Positions 46,736-56,268 of a stretch of 64,000 bases of DNA are shown here, piece by piece; position 1 is the stretch's first letter; each line of letters begins with the position of its first letter. The position numbers and the translations under genes were made by a program. The notes under the pieces were generated by a model. It did no database searches. It had not been told where the DNA came from and worked only from the letters and a program-made list of their open reading frames with translations. The DNA is taken from NCBI GenBank assembly GCA_963663385.2, contig CAXXXD010000002.1:160001-224000 (forward strand), given 5' to 3'. Origin of the DNA: Oceanispirochaeta sp. GTDB lineage: Bacteria; Spirochaetota; Spirochaetia; DSM-2461.

Positions 46736-47487
46736 AAATCTACTTTATAGGGGCCGGACCGGGAGACCCCGAACTGATTACAGTCAAAGGACAGGAGCTT
46801 CTGAAAAAAGCGGATATTGTTATTTATGCGGGTTCTCTGGTTTCTCCGGAAGTCCTGAAAGTCTGCCGGAAGGAGGCGGAGATCCTGGATTCCGCTTCCA
46901 TGAACCTGGATGAAGTGGCAGCGGTCTACCGTAAAATGAAAGACCGGGAAGGGATTATTGTCCGCCTCCATACGGGCGACCCTTCGGTTTACGGGGCCAT
47001 ACAGGAACAGATGGATCTTCTGAAGGAGTGGGGCGTCCCCTATGAAGTCATCCCGGGGGTATCCTCCTTTCAGGCTTCTTCCGCCGCCCTGCAGCAGCAG
47101 CTGACCCTGCCGGGGGTGAGTCAGTCTGTCATCCTGACCCGAATATCGGGACGGACAAAAACGCCTGCCCTGGAGGATCTTTCCCTGCTGGCCCGGGCTC
47201 ATGCCACAATGGTCCTGTTTCTGAGTGTGGATCAGACGGAAAAAGTGCAGGCGAAACTCCTGCCCGAGTATGGCCCCGGTACCCCGGTTGCGGTTGTTTA
47301 CCGGGCTTCCTGGCCGGATGAGAAAATTGTCAGGGGAACACTGGGCGGCCTGCATAAAATGGTAACGGAGGCAGGAATTACAAGGCAGGCCCTAATCTTT
47401 GTGGGCAATGTGCTGGACTCGGAGTATGAAAAATCCAGACTCTACGATGCGGCCTTTACCCACGGGTTCCGGGAGGGATCGGAGTGA
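46732..47487 (+). CDS. cbiF: Cobalt-precorrin-4 C11-methyltransferase
   Basis: GAGPGDPELITVKG, YAGSLV, RLHTGDPSVYGAIQEQ, SRLY. Confidence 0.95.
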   Translation: MKIYFIGAGPGDPELITVKGQELLKKADIVIYAGSLVSPEVLKVCRKEAEILDSASMNLDEVAAVYRKMKDREGIIVRLHTGDPSVYGAIQEQMDLLKEWGVPYEVIPGVSSFQASSAALQQQLTLPGVSQSVILTRISGRTKTPALEDLSLLARAHATMVLFLSVDQTEKVQAKLLPEYGPGTPVAVVYRASWPDEKIVRGTLGGLHKMVTEAGITRQALIFVGNVLDSEYEKSRLYDAAFTHGFREGSE

Positions 47488-48230
47488 AAGTCGCTATTAC
47501 GGCCATTACGGAGAATGGTCTGGCTTCGGCAAGGGAACTTTCCGCGGGGCTTCCGGATTCCGAGGTTTTCAATCTCAAGGGAAAGGGAAAGCTCAAGAGT
47601 TGGGTGGAGGATAACTTCCATCGATACGAAGGGCATGTCTTTATTATGTCCATGGGGATTGTCTACAGGCTTATCGCCCCCGGGATTACGGATAAGTACC
47701 ATGATCCTGCGGTGGTTGTGGTGGATGATGCCGGGCGTTATGCCATCGCCGCTCTTTCGGGTCACGAAGGCGGGGCGAATGCCCTGACATTCAAGGTCGC
47801 CCGGATCCTGAATGCCCAGCCTGTGGTAACAACCGCTTCCGATACAAACCGGAGGGTCATTATAGGAATCGGCTGTCGGAAGGGAACCGGACAGGATGAG
47901 ATTAAACGGGCTGTCGCACAGGCTCTGAATGAGAAGGAAATCAGAGCGGATGAGGTCCGTCTGGCTGTTTCGGTGGATATCAAGAAAGAGGAGGAGGGGA
48001 TGATCGAAGCCTTTGACGGGTTGGGTATCCCTCTCCTGTTCATCTCCTCCGATGCCATACGGAATTTTACAGGCTATAAGAATGTTTCCGAAGCGGCGCA
48101 GCGGCAGCTGGGACTCCCCGGCGTGTCGGAACCCTGTGCCCTGCTGGGAGGAAGAGATACCGTTCTGATTCAGGAGCGGATGAAAATCGGGCCGGTTACC
48201 ATTGCTCTGGCCCGGGAGGATGCACAATGA
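47484..48230 (+). CDS. cbiG: Cobalt-precorrin-5A hydrolase (short form)
   Basis: DKYHDPAVVVVD, LSGHEGGAN, TTASD, GIGCRKG, GVSEPCAL. Confidence 0.92.
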   Translation: MKVAITAITENGLASARELSAGLPDSEVFNLKGKGKLKSWVEDNFHRYEGHVFIMSMGIVYRLIAPGITDKYHDPAVVVVDDAGRYAIAALSGHEGGANALTFKVARILNAQPVVTTASDTNRRVIIGIGCRKGTGQDEIKRAVAQALNEKEIRADEVRLAVSVDIKKEEEGMIEAFDGLGIPLLFISSDAIRNFTGYKNVSEAAQRQLGLPGVSEPCALLGGRDTVLIQERMKIGPVTIALAREDAQ

Positions 48231-48964
48231 AAGGACAGTTGACCGTGGTCAGCACGGGGCCCGGCAAACGGGACTATATTATTCCCGCGGCGGAGCAGGC
48301 ATTGAAGGAAGCGGATGCCGTAGCCGGATATAAAACCTATCTGGAGCTGGTGGCGGATCTGATTGAAGGGAAAAAGATTATCTCCAACGGGATGCGTCAG
48401 GAGGTGGAGCGCTGTGAGGCCGCCATCAAAGAGGCCCGCTCAGGAAGCCGGGTCTGTATCATTTCCGGCGGGGATGCCGGGGTCTACGGTCTGGCGGGGC
48501 TTGTTCTGGAACTTCTGGAGCCGGAAGAGCAGTCCGGCGTGCGGGTTATCCCCGGGGTGACATCCGCTACAGCCTGTGCGTCCCTGCTGGGGGCTCCCCT
48601 GATTCACGATTTTGCCGTCATTTCTCTGAGTAATCTGCTGACTGAAAGCGATCTGATCCGGAAAAGGCTCCGTCTGGCAGCTGAGGGAGACTTTGTAACG
48701 GTAATCTATAATCCCAGGAGTACCAAAAGAACGGAACTGTTCTACGAAACAGGAGATATCTTTTTAAAGCACCGCTCTCCCGAAACGCCTGTGGGGATAG
48801 TCAAAGACGCCTACAGGGATTCCCAAACCATCCGGACCGTTGCGCTTTCGGAACTGAAGGAGCAGGAGTGGGTGGATATGCGGACAACCCTGGTTATAGG
48901 GAATTCCCAGACCGGAATTTCCGGGGGGCGGATGGTGACCCCCCGGGGGTACAGGATCGGTTAA
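48227..48964 (+). CDS. cbiH: Cobalt-factor III / precorrin-3B C17-methyltransferase
   Basis: GYKTY, SGGDAGVYGLAG, GAPLIHDFAVISLS, YNPRS, VDMRT, TPRGY. Confidence 0.95.
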   Translation: MKGQLTVVSTGPGKRDYIIPAAEQALKEADAVAGYKTYLELVADLIEGKKIISNGMRQEVERCEAAIKEARSGSRVCIISGGDAGVYGLAGLVLELLEPEEQSGVRVIPGVTSATACASLLGAPLIHDFAVISLSNLLTESDLIRKRLRLAAEGDFVTVIYNPRSTKRTELFYETGDIFLKHRSPETPVGIVKDAYRDSQTIRTVALSELKEQEWVDMRTTLVIGNSQTGISGGRMVTPRGYRIG

Positions 48965-48973
48965 ATAGAAATC

Positions 48974-50758
48974 TTACCGCAATTCAACAATTGAAGCCGG
49001 GGGAACCGGGAGCGTTTCAATTGTATTCCGGATTTTCCCCGATGCTACTTCCCTGCCGCAGCAGTCTATAACTGCGTATTCCCGTGGGGCTGCCTTCTCG
49101 GGTGATTTTATAATAACTTCTTTCTCCCAGGCCGCATTGATCAGGTATACGGACCTGTCCTTATCCGGTTCTGCCACAATCCTGTTGTAACAGACGATAA
49201 TCTGTTCATTCCCCTCTCTGAAGGTTACCTGATCATAGAGCCCCGAGGGACAGCTCGGTTCGATGGATCCATCTATCAGGGTTTTTCTGTGGGAATTGTA
49301 AAAACTCAGCCAGTGACGAACCATCTCCCTGTGTTCATCGGAAAGGGGCGCCAGCAGAACGGATACCTGGGGAACTGAAAAGAGAGTATGGGTAAACTGC
49401 ATGGAGGCACTTTCTGCAGACTCTTCTCTGTTCCACATAAGAGGGTCCGCATGGGTGGCAGTTCTGCCGCAGAGAAGCCGGATATCCAGCAGGCTTACCC
49501 GGTTGGTCAGAGAACTGTTGGGGCAGTCGTTGGAACGGAACACATTTCCGTACTTCCGGCTGAGGGGGCCTATATAGGCCTGGCGGCATTCCAGGATAAT
49601 CTCCGGTTTCCGGGCTTTCAGGCGGGCCGCCAGATCTGTCAGCAGGGTGTCAACCGCATCAGGGACGGCGGGTATATCCATTCCCGGACCGGGAGGGTTC
49701 TTTTCGGCGGAAGCGCGGGAAAAGCGGTCAATAAAATCCAGTTTGAATCCGTCCAGGTCCCACTCTTCCAGGGCTTTTTCATAGGTCCGGATAATATGCT
49801 CTCTCACTTCGGGAAAACGGGGATCCAGAACATGCCATTCCGGGTAGGGGGGATCGATTTCCAGTGTCCTGTTTTTCCATTTTTTGAATTCTTGTGTTCT
49901 TTCCCCTATATAGGGCAGGGCATACCAGAGCATGCAGGTCATATCCATATTATGTATTTTGTCCACCAGCTTCCTCATATCGGGAATCTTGGATGCTGCC
50001 GGTTTCCACTCACCGCAATAGGCATATGTTCTGCCAATGTCTTCGGTCTGCCATCCGTCATCAATTATAATCCCTCCGAATCCAAGCTCCTTTCCCCTTA
50101 TGCACTCTTCAAGTATGATTTTTTCGTTAAGATCAAGGTGAAAGCTGTACCAGGTGGAGAGGAGGGGACGTTTTGCTTTGTCGGGAGTGATCAGCGGAGG
50201 ATAGAGCCCTTCCCACCAGGATGCCGTTTCCTTCAGGCATTTGTGATAGGGGAGGGCTCTTTCATCCAGTCTGATTTTCAGAGCAAGGGTTTTTCTGCCG
50301 CTTCCGTCAGAAGGGATGCGGATAACGCATTTGAACCGGGCGGTTTCTTCATTGACCCCGCTGTCCAGATACAGGGTTCTCCGGGCATCATCCAGAGCCA
50401 GGGTCAGAGCATTCCTGCCATCGTAACGGTACAGGCTGATAACCGGCGCCCAGGAAACCGCCTGTGACCGGAAGCCTTTGATCCAGTCCGCACTAAATCC
50501 CTTATTGAACCCGAGGGAGGGATTCCATAGGGCATGGAACTCTTTCAAGGGAGTCCACAGGATCAGTTCAAGATCAGGAAGGGCTTCTTCCGATACCCAT
50601 TTTATATTTATATACCGGATACCCTCTTCCGCTCCGGAATCCTTTGCAGCCTCCACGTGATATGTTTCAGAGTTTCCCGCTTCCATCTGTACCGATCCGA
50701 GTTCGATTGTACCGGCAATTTCCCTTTTCTCATTCATTTGCTTTTTATCCTTTATCAT
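48974..50758 (-). CDS. Glycoside hydrolase family 36 (alpha-galactosidase-like)
   Basis: STWYSFH, IIDDGWQ, DGFKLDF, FRSNDCP clan GH-D motifs. Confidence 0.85.
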   Translation of the reverse strand: MIKDKKQMNEKREIAGTIELGSVQMEAGNSETYHVEAAKDSGAEEGIRYINIKWVSEEALPDLELILWTPLKEFHALWNPSLGFNKGFSADWIKGFRSQAVSWAPVISLYRYDGRNALTLALDDARRTLYLDSGVNEETARFKCVIRIPSDGSGRKTLALKIRLDERALPYHKCLKETASWWEGLYPPLITPDKAKRPLLSTWYSFHLDLNEKIILEECIRGKELGFGGIIIDDGWQTEDIGRTYAYCGEWKPAASKIPDMRKLVDKIHNMDMTCMLWYALPYIGERTQEFKKWKNRTLEIDPPYPEWHVLDPRFPEVREHIIRTYEKALEEWDLDGFKLDFIDRFSRASAEKNPPGPGMDIPAVPDAVDTLLTDLAARLKARKPEIILECRQAYIGPLSRKYGNVFRSNDCPNSSLTNRVSLLDIRLLCGRTATHADPLMWNREESAESASMQFTHTLFSVPQVSVLLAPLSDEHREMVRHWLSFYNSHRKTLIDGSIEPSCPSGLYDQVTFREGNEQIIVCYNRIVAEPDKDRSVYLINAAWEKEVIIKSPEKAAPREYAVIDCCGREVASGKIRNTIETLPVPPASIVELR

Positions 50759-50863
50759 ATTGGAATATCACTAATTCATCATAGTTTGGTTTTTTAAGGC
50801 TGTTATATACGATATAAGGGATAAAGCTTATGAAATACGCTCATTTGTATGTTATGATACTCT

Positions 50864-51778
50864 ATGCAGTATGACTCTTTTTCAAAGAATACCCCGGCTC
50901 AGAACAGCCGCCTATTTCTCCGACGACCCGTAGAAGGGGGGCTGAGGGAATTCCCGCTTTCAATAGAGAAGGCAGGCTATGCGCGCTGGTACAAAGGAAC
51001 CGCTTACCGGAGGAGCCGGGAGCACCGGGAGCTGACGGTGGAACTCGTTATACGGGGCAGCTGCCTGGTTACCCTCGATGATTGGAATTTTACGGTTTCC
51101 CGGGGGGGCGGGTACATTCTGCCTCCCGGGCGGCCCCATTCCTACACCACCGGTCCGGAGGGTATCCTTCATAAAAGGTTTCTTACGTTCTGCGCGACCG
51201 AACCGGGAATCCTTTCCTCTCTGATAGAAATGGCCGGGCCGATCTGCCCTGCAGATTTCACACTGTTAAGAAAGCTGTTTAAAGCTGTAACCGCGGAAAT
51301 TTCCGGACAATCCGACGGGATTGTTTTAAGCTCTCTGGCATACAGGATTATTCTGGAGCTGCAGAGGGGCATAGCGGGGCATTATCCCCGTCCCGTTGAA
51401 TCTGCTCTGAATTATTTTCATCACAACCTGAACCGGAATATAACTGCCGGGGAACTGGCAGCCCATACGGGTACCAGTATCTCTCATCTCAACCGGTTGT
51501 TCGCCGCTTCCCTGAACAGTTCCCCCCTGAGGATTTTCCATGATCTGAAGATGAAATGGGCCGCCGACCTGATTGAAAATACGGAGTTTTCCATTAAGGA
51601 GATCGCCTATAAGACAGGCTTCGATACACCGGCTTATTTCTCCTCCCGGTTTAAGGCCTGTTACGGAATCAGCCCGAGGCAGCTCCGCCGCCTGGAAAAA
51701 AAATCCGGTCTCCCTTCAGATCGACATAAAAATACCCCTAGAGACCATTCACTTGTCTCCAGGGAATTTCCACTGTGA
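50864..51778 (+). CDS. AraC-family transcriptional regulator
   Basis: Cupin N-terminus; SIKEIAYKTGFDTPAYFSSRFKACYGISP HTH. Divergent from the GH36 gene. Confidence 0.92.
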   Translation: MQYDSFSKNTPAQNSRLFLRRPVEGGLREFPLSIEKAGYARWYKGTAYRRSREHRELTVELVIRGSCLVTLDDWNFTVSRGGGYILPPGRPHSYTTGPEGILHKRFLTFCATEPGILSSLIEMAGPICPADFTLLRKLFKAVTAEISGQSDGIVLSSLAYRIILELQRGIAGHYPRPVESALNYFHHNLNRNITAGELAAHTGTSISHLNRLFAASLNSSPLRIFHDLKMKWAADLIENTEFSIKEIAYKTGFDTPAYFSSRFKACYGISPRQLRRLEKKSGLPSDRHKNTPRDHSLVSREFPL

Positions 51779-51798
51779 TTTTGAGATATTATTCCTGA

Positions 51799-52437
51799 TC
51801 AGTCAATCATGGATTTCAGCCGCTCCCGGGTCCGCCAGTGATGATCCATCATCCTCTGCTGGGCCAGCTCGGGGTTTTTCTGGCGGATAGCCTCTATAAT
51901 GGCTCTGTGTTCCGGAAGAGTTTCTTCCGGGTTTCTGATCAGTCCCTTCTGATAACACCGCAGGATAAATTCGAAATTCCGGATAAAGTCCAGGATGATT
52001 CTGTTGTCGGACTGCTTCAGAATGGCGGCATGAAACTCCTGGTCTTTTTTCTGATAGGTCTTATACTGCTTTTCCGTAATCGGCTCGGTAAACCCGTCAA
52101 AGAGGGAGAGAATCTTTTCCCATTGGGCATCATCCAGTTTTTCCATACAGATATGGATAGCCGTCCCTTCCAGCCCGGCCCGGACGGCAAACAGTTCCAT
52201 AAGATCCTTATTGGTAAATACACGGACGAACAGTTCCCGTTTTTCCTTCTGTTCAATAATCCCCTCCTGAACAAGTCGCGAAAGGGCTTCGCTTACAGGG
52301 GTCATACTGACTCCAAGCAGATCAGCCAGCTCTTTTTTCTGTATCCTCTGGCCTGCCTGAAGATCATTGTTCAGAAGCATTTTGACAATCTGGTCGTACA
52401 CTAGATCTCCCAAAGCAGCTTTGGCGATACGGCTCAT
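51799..52437 (-). CDS. GntR-family (FCD) transcriptional regulator
   Basis: LGVSMTPVSEAL HTH; DQEFH and EHRAII FCD motifs. Confidence 0.92.
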   Translation of the reverse strand: MSRIAKAALGDLVYDQIVKMLLNNDLQAGQRIQKKELADLLGVSMTPVSEALSRLVQEGIIEQKEKRELFVRVFTNKDLMELFAVRAGLEGTAIHICMEKLDDAQWEKILSLFDGFTEPITEKQYKTYQKKDQEFHAAILKQSDNRIILDFIRNFEFILRCYQKGLIRNPEETLPEHRAIIEAIRQKNPELAQQRMMDHHWRTRERLKSMID

Positions 52438-53078
52438 CTTTCATACTCCCTGATTCTGTTCTGTCCGGTACGGATATGGAGTTCCATCGTCCGTTCAGCC
52501 TGATCGGGGTTGCCTTCTGCAATGGCTTTTGCTATTTTCAGATGATCTTTCAGGCTGGCATTAAAATTGATACCCGATTCATCCTGGTTGCTCAGGCTGA
52601 TTATATTGTAGGAAGATATCATCATTTTCAGCATTGTATTACGGCTCATGGACATGATCTTTTCATGAAAATCAAAATCATGGCTGTTGAAGAGGGTAAA
52701 ACCGTCCTCTCCGTTAAAATCCGGTGCATTTTCCACCAGTTCAAGGAGTCCCTTTTTCTCGGAAGCGGATCCATTTTCTGCCGCGCGTCTTGCTCCCAGA
52801 GGCTCCAGTCTCTGACGTATATCAAAAAGATTGAGTTTATCTTCCATGCTGAGCTCTTTTATATAGAATCCCCGTCTGGGTCTGCTTTCAACAAGACTCT
52901 CTTTTTCCAGTTTGGAAAAAGCAGCCAGTAGAGGCGTTCTGGATACACCCAGATTTTTCGCCATTTCTTCCTGGATCAGTTTCTGCCCCGGGATAAGCTC
53001 CCTTTTAAGGATCATCTCTTTGATGCTGGAGTATACTTTTTCCACTAAATCCGTTGTTTCGATTTTGTAAGAGGTCAT
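52434..53078 (-). CDS. GntR-family (FCD) transcriptional regulator
   Basis: LGVSRTP HTH; DFDFH and DHLKIA. Likely start ATG at 53078; overlaps the next GntR by 4 bp. Confidence 0.92.
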   Translation of the reverse strand: MTSYKIETTDLVEKVYSSIKEMILKRELIPGQKLIQEEMAKNLGVSRTPLLAAFSKLEKESLVESRPRRGFYIKELSMEDKLNLFDIRQRLEPLGARRAAENGSASEKKGLLELVENAPDFNGEDGFTLFNSHDFDFHEKIMSMSRNTMLKMMISSYNIISLSNQDESGINFNASLKDHLKIAKAIAEGNPDQAERTMELHIRTGQNRIREYER

Positions 53079-53111
53079 AGTTCCTATATTATGCACAGTT
53101 TCCAGTAAAAA

Positions 53112-53205
53112 GGTCAACGTTTTTTTGTATTCAAAATAATTAACACAAAATTGAAATATCGGTTGACAGCTCAAAATTAGTGTGTATAAAATAATGTATA
53201 CAAAA
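53112..53205. promoter_or_regulatory. Divergent sigma70 promoters with palindromic GntR-type operators
   Basis: Minus TTGACC at 53117-53112; plus TTGACA at 53163. Operators TTTTGTATTCAAAA (53123-53136) and TAATGTATACAAAA (53192-53205). Confidence 0.55.
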
Positions 53206-53223
53206 TATATCAAGGAGTATGAG

Positions 53224-54036
53224 TTGATCGGTGTATCCCCGGCATTTTACCTGTCAAAGTATGGAACCCATTTCAAGCTGTCTCATCTGCTTGAAAGTAT
53301 GACCCTTATTAAAGAGCAGGGTTTTGAAAATCTGCAGCTGGAAATCTTTCATCCGGAACAGCTGGAAGAGTGGACCGATGAAAGCTGCCGTAAGCTGAAA
53401 GAACACTCCAGGGAAAGCGGGATTGGTTTCAGTCAGTTCTGCGCGCATTTCCTTCTCGCTTCTTTTAATTCCCCAGAGTCTCTTCGTACTGACTGGGGAT
53501 ATAAAGAAGCTGATTTTCTGGGAGAAAGACTTGCTGAGTTCGGTCTGACAAAAACCGTAACCATTCCTGTAGCGGCATTTTCCGGGAATCCAGGGGATTC
53601 TGAAATGCAGGATCTGTTTCATAAAAAAATAGAGGTTTACCGGGATATCTTTACAATGAGGGACATCTCGCTGGCCCTTGAACCTCAACCGGGAAGCCTT
53701 TGCGCCGATCTTTCCTTTCTGGAACGGCATTCCGGTGTAGGGTTGAATCTGGATCCCGGTCACCTGCTCTGCAGCGGTATCGATCCGTTCTCTCTGGATT
53801 GTTCTGTTCTTTCCAGAGTCATCTCGACGCATCTGTGTGAAAATGACGGGAAGGAAAATCTTTCCTCAGCTCCGGGTACTCATGATTATCCCTGGGAAAA
53901 GCTGATGGGAAATCTTCAATCCTGCGGGTATCCGGGGTCTTATGACCTGGAAATTATCTGTCCTTCCGAAAGTGTCGGGGAGATTTACGGGGAAGCAAAA
54001 TTTTTTTTAAAACAATATTGTATGCAAAATAAATGA
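53224..54036 (+). CDS. Sugar-phosphate isomerase/epimerase-family TIM barrel (AP_endonuc_2 / xylose isomerase-like)
   Basis: LALEPQPG, LNLDPGH, THLCEN, YDLE metal-ligand pattern. TTG start 6 nt after AAGGAG. Confidence 0.75.
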   Translation: MIGVSPAFYLSKYGTHFKLSHLLESMTLIKEQGFENLQLEIFHPEQLEEWTDESCRKLKEHSRESGIGFSQFCAHFLLASFNSPESLRTDWGYKEADFLGERLAEFGLTKTVTIPVAAFSGNPGDSEMQDLFHKKIEVYRDIFTMRDISLALEPQPGSLCADLSFLERHSGVGLNLDPGHLLCSGIDPFSLDCSVLSRVISTHLCENDGKENLSSAPGTHDYPWEKLMGNLQSCGYPGSYDLEIICPSESVGEIYGEAKFFLKQYCMQNK

Positions 54037-54090
54037 TTTTAAAGCTGTTGGCTGCTGACAGGCAGTCAGGGTTTAAGGAGAAAGTGAAAA

Positions 54091-55065
54091 ATGAGCAGTA
54101 AACTGAGATACGGAGTCATTACAGGCTGGCTGAGCCAGAGCCAGGACCGTTTCAGAAAATACAATGCCCCTCTGACCCTTGAAGAGAAGTTTCAGATGAT
54201 GAATTCTCTTGAAAATGTAGACGGTGTCGAGCTGGTTTATCCCTATGAAGTGAATGAGCCTTCCAAGGTTAAAGAGCTTCTGAAAAAGTACGATCTGAAA
54301 ATGGCTGCGGTAAACGTCAACATCAAGTCTGAAGATGATTTCATTCACGGCAGCATCTCCCATCCCGATCCTGCGATAAGGGAAAAAGCGGTACGCTTTA
54401 TAAAGGAAGCCAAGGACTTCGCCGAAGCCGTGGGCTCCGACAAGGTCCAGTGCTGTCCTCTGGGAGACGGATACGAGTACAGCTTCCAGACCGACTATCT
54501 GGAGAGCTGGAAAAGAATCGTGCAGTGCATCAGTGAGGCTGGTGCCTACAAGCCGGAGATCCCTCTCTTCCTGGAATACAAGCCCAACGAAGTCAGGGGC
54601 AACTGCTTTCTGGAAAGCTGCGCCAAAACCCTGAGTCTTCTGTACGAAATCGGCAACAGAAGCATAGGCGTGACCCTGGATTTCGGACACTCAAAATACG
54701 GAGGGGAAACCCCCGCCGAAGCTCTGTGTCTCGTTGAGAACAGTCCGTTCCCCTACTACATCCACATTAACGACAACGACGGACGATGGGACTGGGACTA
54801 TATGTGCGGAACCAGCAACTTTCAGCTCTATGTTGAATTTATCTATTATCTTAAGCGTTTCGGCTACAGCGACTACCTGACCTCCGATACCTCTCCCACC
54901 AGAGTGGACATAAAGGAGTGTTTCGAGGCCAACGCCCGCTGGACCGATAAAATATGGCAGATTCTGGACTCCCTGGACGAAGAAGAGCTGAAAAGGCTTC
55001 TCAACCAGACGGATTTCACCAGAAACTGGAAGTTCCTGGAAAATGAGGTGTTTTTCAGAAACTAG
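54091..55065 (+). CDS. Xylose-isomerase-like aldose-ketose isomerase
   Basis: LEYKPNE, TLDFGH, HINDNDGRWDWD two-metal pattern. Confidence 0.8.
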   Translation: MSSKLRYGVITGWLSQSQDRFRKYNAPLTLEEKFQMMNSLENVDGVELVYPYEVNEPSKVKELLKKYDLKMAAVNVNIKSEDDFIHGSISHPDPAIREKAVRFIKEAKDFAEAVGSDKVQCCPLGDGYEYSFQTDYLESWKRIVQCISEAGAYKPEIPLFLEYKPNEVRGNCFLESCAKTLSLLYEIGNRSIGVTLDFGHSKYGGETPAEALCLVENSPFPYYIHINDNDGRWDWDYMCGTSNFQLYVEFIYYLKRFGYSDYLTSDTSPTRVDIKECFEANARWTDKIWQILDSLDEEELKRLLNQTDFTRNWKFLENEVFFRN

Positions 55066-55157
55066 GGAGAGGGTATCCGGATTGGCATGACCGGAATCCT
55101 GAAAATATGGATTACGCAGATTCGTATGGGTCTGTTAAAATATGAAAGGAGTTTTAT

Positions 55158-56162
55158 ATGAAGAAACTGTTTGTACTTGTTTTATGTCTGACTGCACTTT
55201 CCGGGATGGTATTTGCGGAAGGTCAGGGTGAATATCCCGAAAGAGATATTACAAATGTCCTCGTATGGGGCGCCGGCGGCGGTACTGATACCTGTAACCG
55301 TGTGGTTATGGCCGAAATGGCAAAAGAGCTTGGTGTAAATATCAATGTTGTAAATAAGCCCGGTGGAGTGGCCGGTTCCGTAGGTATGAGCGATGCTTTC
55401 GCCAAAGAGTCTGACGGATACACTATCTGCGGTCTTTCCGAGTCCTGTGTTACTTCTGCTGTAATGGGCGGATTCCCCGAAAGAATGAACGTATGGGATT
55501 TCTTTATCATCGGCGGTTCTCCCGATATCGTTTCTGTAACACCCGATGCTCCCTATAATACAATCAAAGACCTGGTTGAAGCTGCCAAGGCAGCTCCCGG
55601 TACCATCCGGGCCGGAGCCGGAGGAGCCGGTTCTATCCATCATCTGAACCTTCTGGCTCTTATGAACGGAACAGGCGCTGAATTCAACTTCATTCCCTAT
55701 GACGGTTCCGCTCCCTCTCAGACTGCCGCCATGACCGGGGAAATCACAGTTGTTGTAACTTCTGCTGCAGAGCAGGCTCAGCTGATCCGCGGCGGAAAGC
55801 TGAAACCCCTGGGAATGCTCGTACCCGATGCGTTTGACCTCAGCGGAACTGAAGTTCCCTCTGCTTTTTCTGCCTACCCCGAGCTGAGCCAATACCTTCC
55901 CATCTCTCAGGCTATCGGCTTCGCCATCAAAAAAGATGCAGACGAAGCTATCAAGGAAAAACTGAGAAATGCCTTCACCGTATCGATGAGCTCCAAAGCT
56001 GTAACTGACTTCGGTAGGGAAAATTTCTACATCCTGTCCGGTGCCTACGGCGACAAAGCCAACAAGGTATTCGACAGCCTGGAAGCCAACTTTGCCTGGA
56101 CCCTTCAGGATCTGGGGGCTGCCAAGGTTGATCCCGCTTCTCTGGGAATCCCCAAACTGTAA
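55158..56162 (+). CDS. tctC: Tripartite tricarboxylate transporter substrate-binding protein
   Basis: VWGAGGGTD, VVNKPGG, DGYT, IPYDG; signal peptide. Confidence 0.92.
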   Translation: MKKLFVLVLCLTALSGMVFAEGQGEYPERDITNVLVWGAGGGTDTCNRVVMAEMAKELGVNINVVNKPGGVAGSVGMSDAFAKESDGYTICGLSESCVTSAVMGGFPERMNVWDFFIIGGSPDIVSVTPDAPYNTIKDLVEAAKAAPGTIRAGAGGAGSIHHLNLLALMNGTGAEFNFIPYDGSAPSQTAAMTGEITVVVTSAAEQAQLIRGGKLKPLGMLVPDAFDLSGTEVPSAFSAYPELSQYLPISQAIGFAIKKDADEAIKEKLRNAFTVSMSSKAVTDFGRENFYILSGAYGDKANKVFDSLEANFAWTLQDLGAAKVDPASLGIPKL

Positions 56163-56200
56163 GACAGCTTCCGATAATCGAGGGGGGGGGGCTTTCCGCT

Positions 56201-56234
56201 CCCTCACTCTTTCCTCTCCCAGCCGGGAGAGGGG
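56201..56234. repeat. REP-like hairpin (CCTCTCCC-n-GGGAGAGG family)
   Basis: CCCTCACTCTTTCCTCTCCC-AGCC-GGGAGAGGGG; same stem as 34899-34918. Confidence 0.5.
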
Positions 56235-56268
56235 CTAAGATTGTCAATTTTAAAAAGGAAATGTGATA

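Noticed and set aside
29903..55080. Recurring GGGTATCCGG near gene ends (about 29905, 31946, 55071)
   Set aside because: Too short, with no shared flanks; may be chance in a genome rich in TCCGG.
56182..56191. G10 homopolymer as a phase-variation tract
   Set aside because: Intergenic and part of a hairpin arm after tctC; not in a CDS or an evident promoter spacer.
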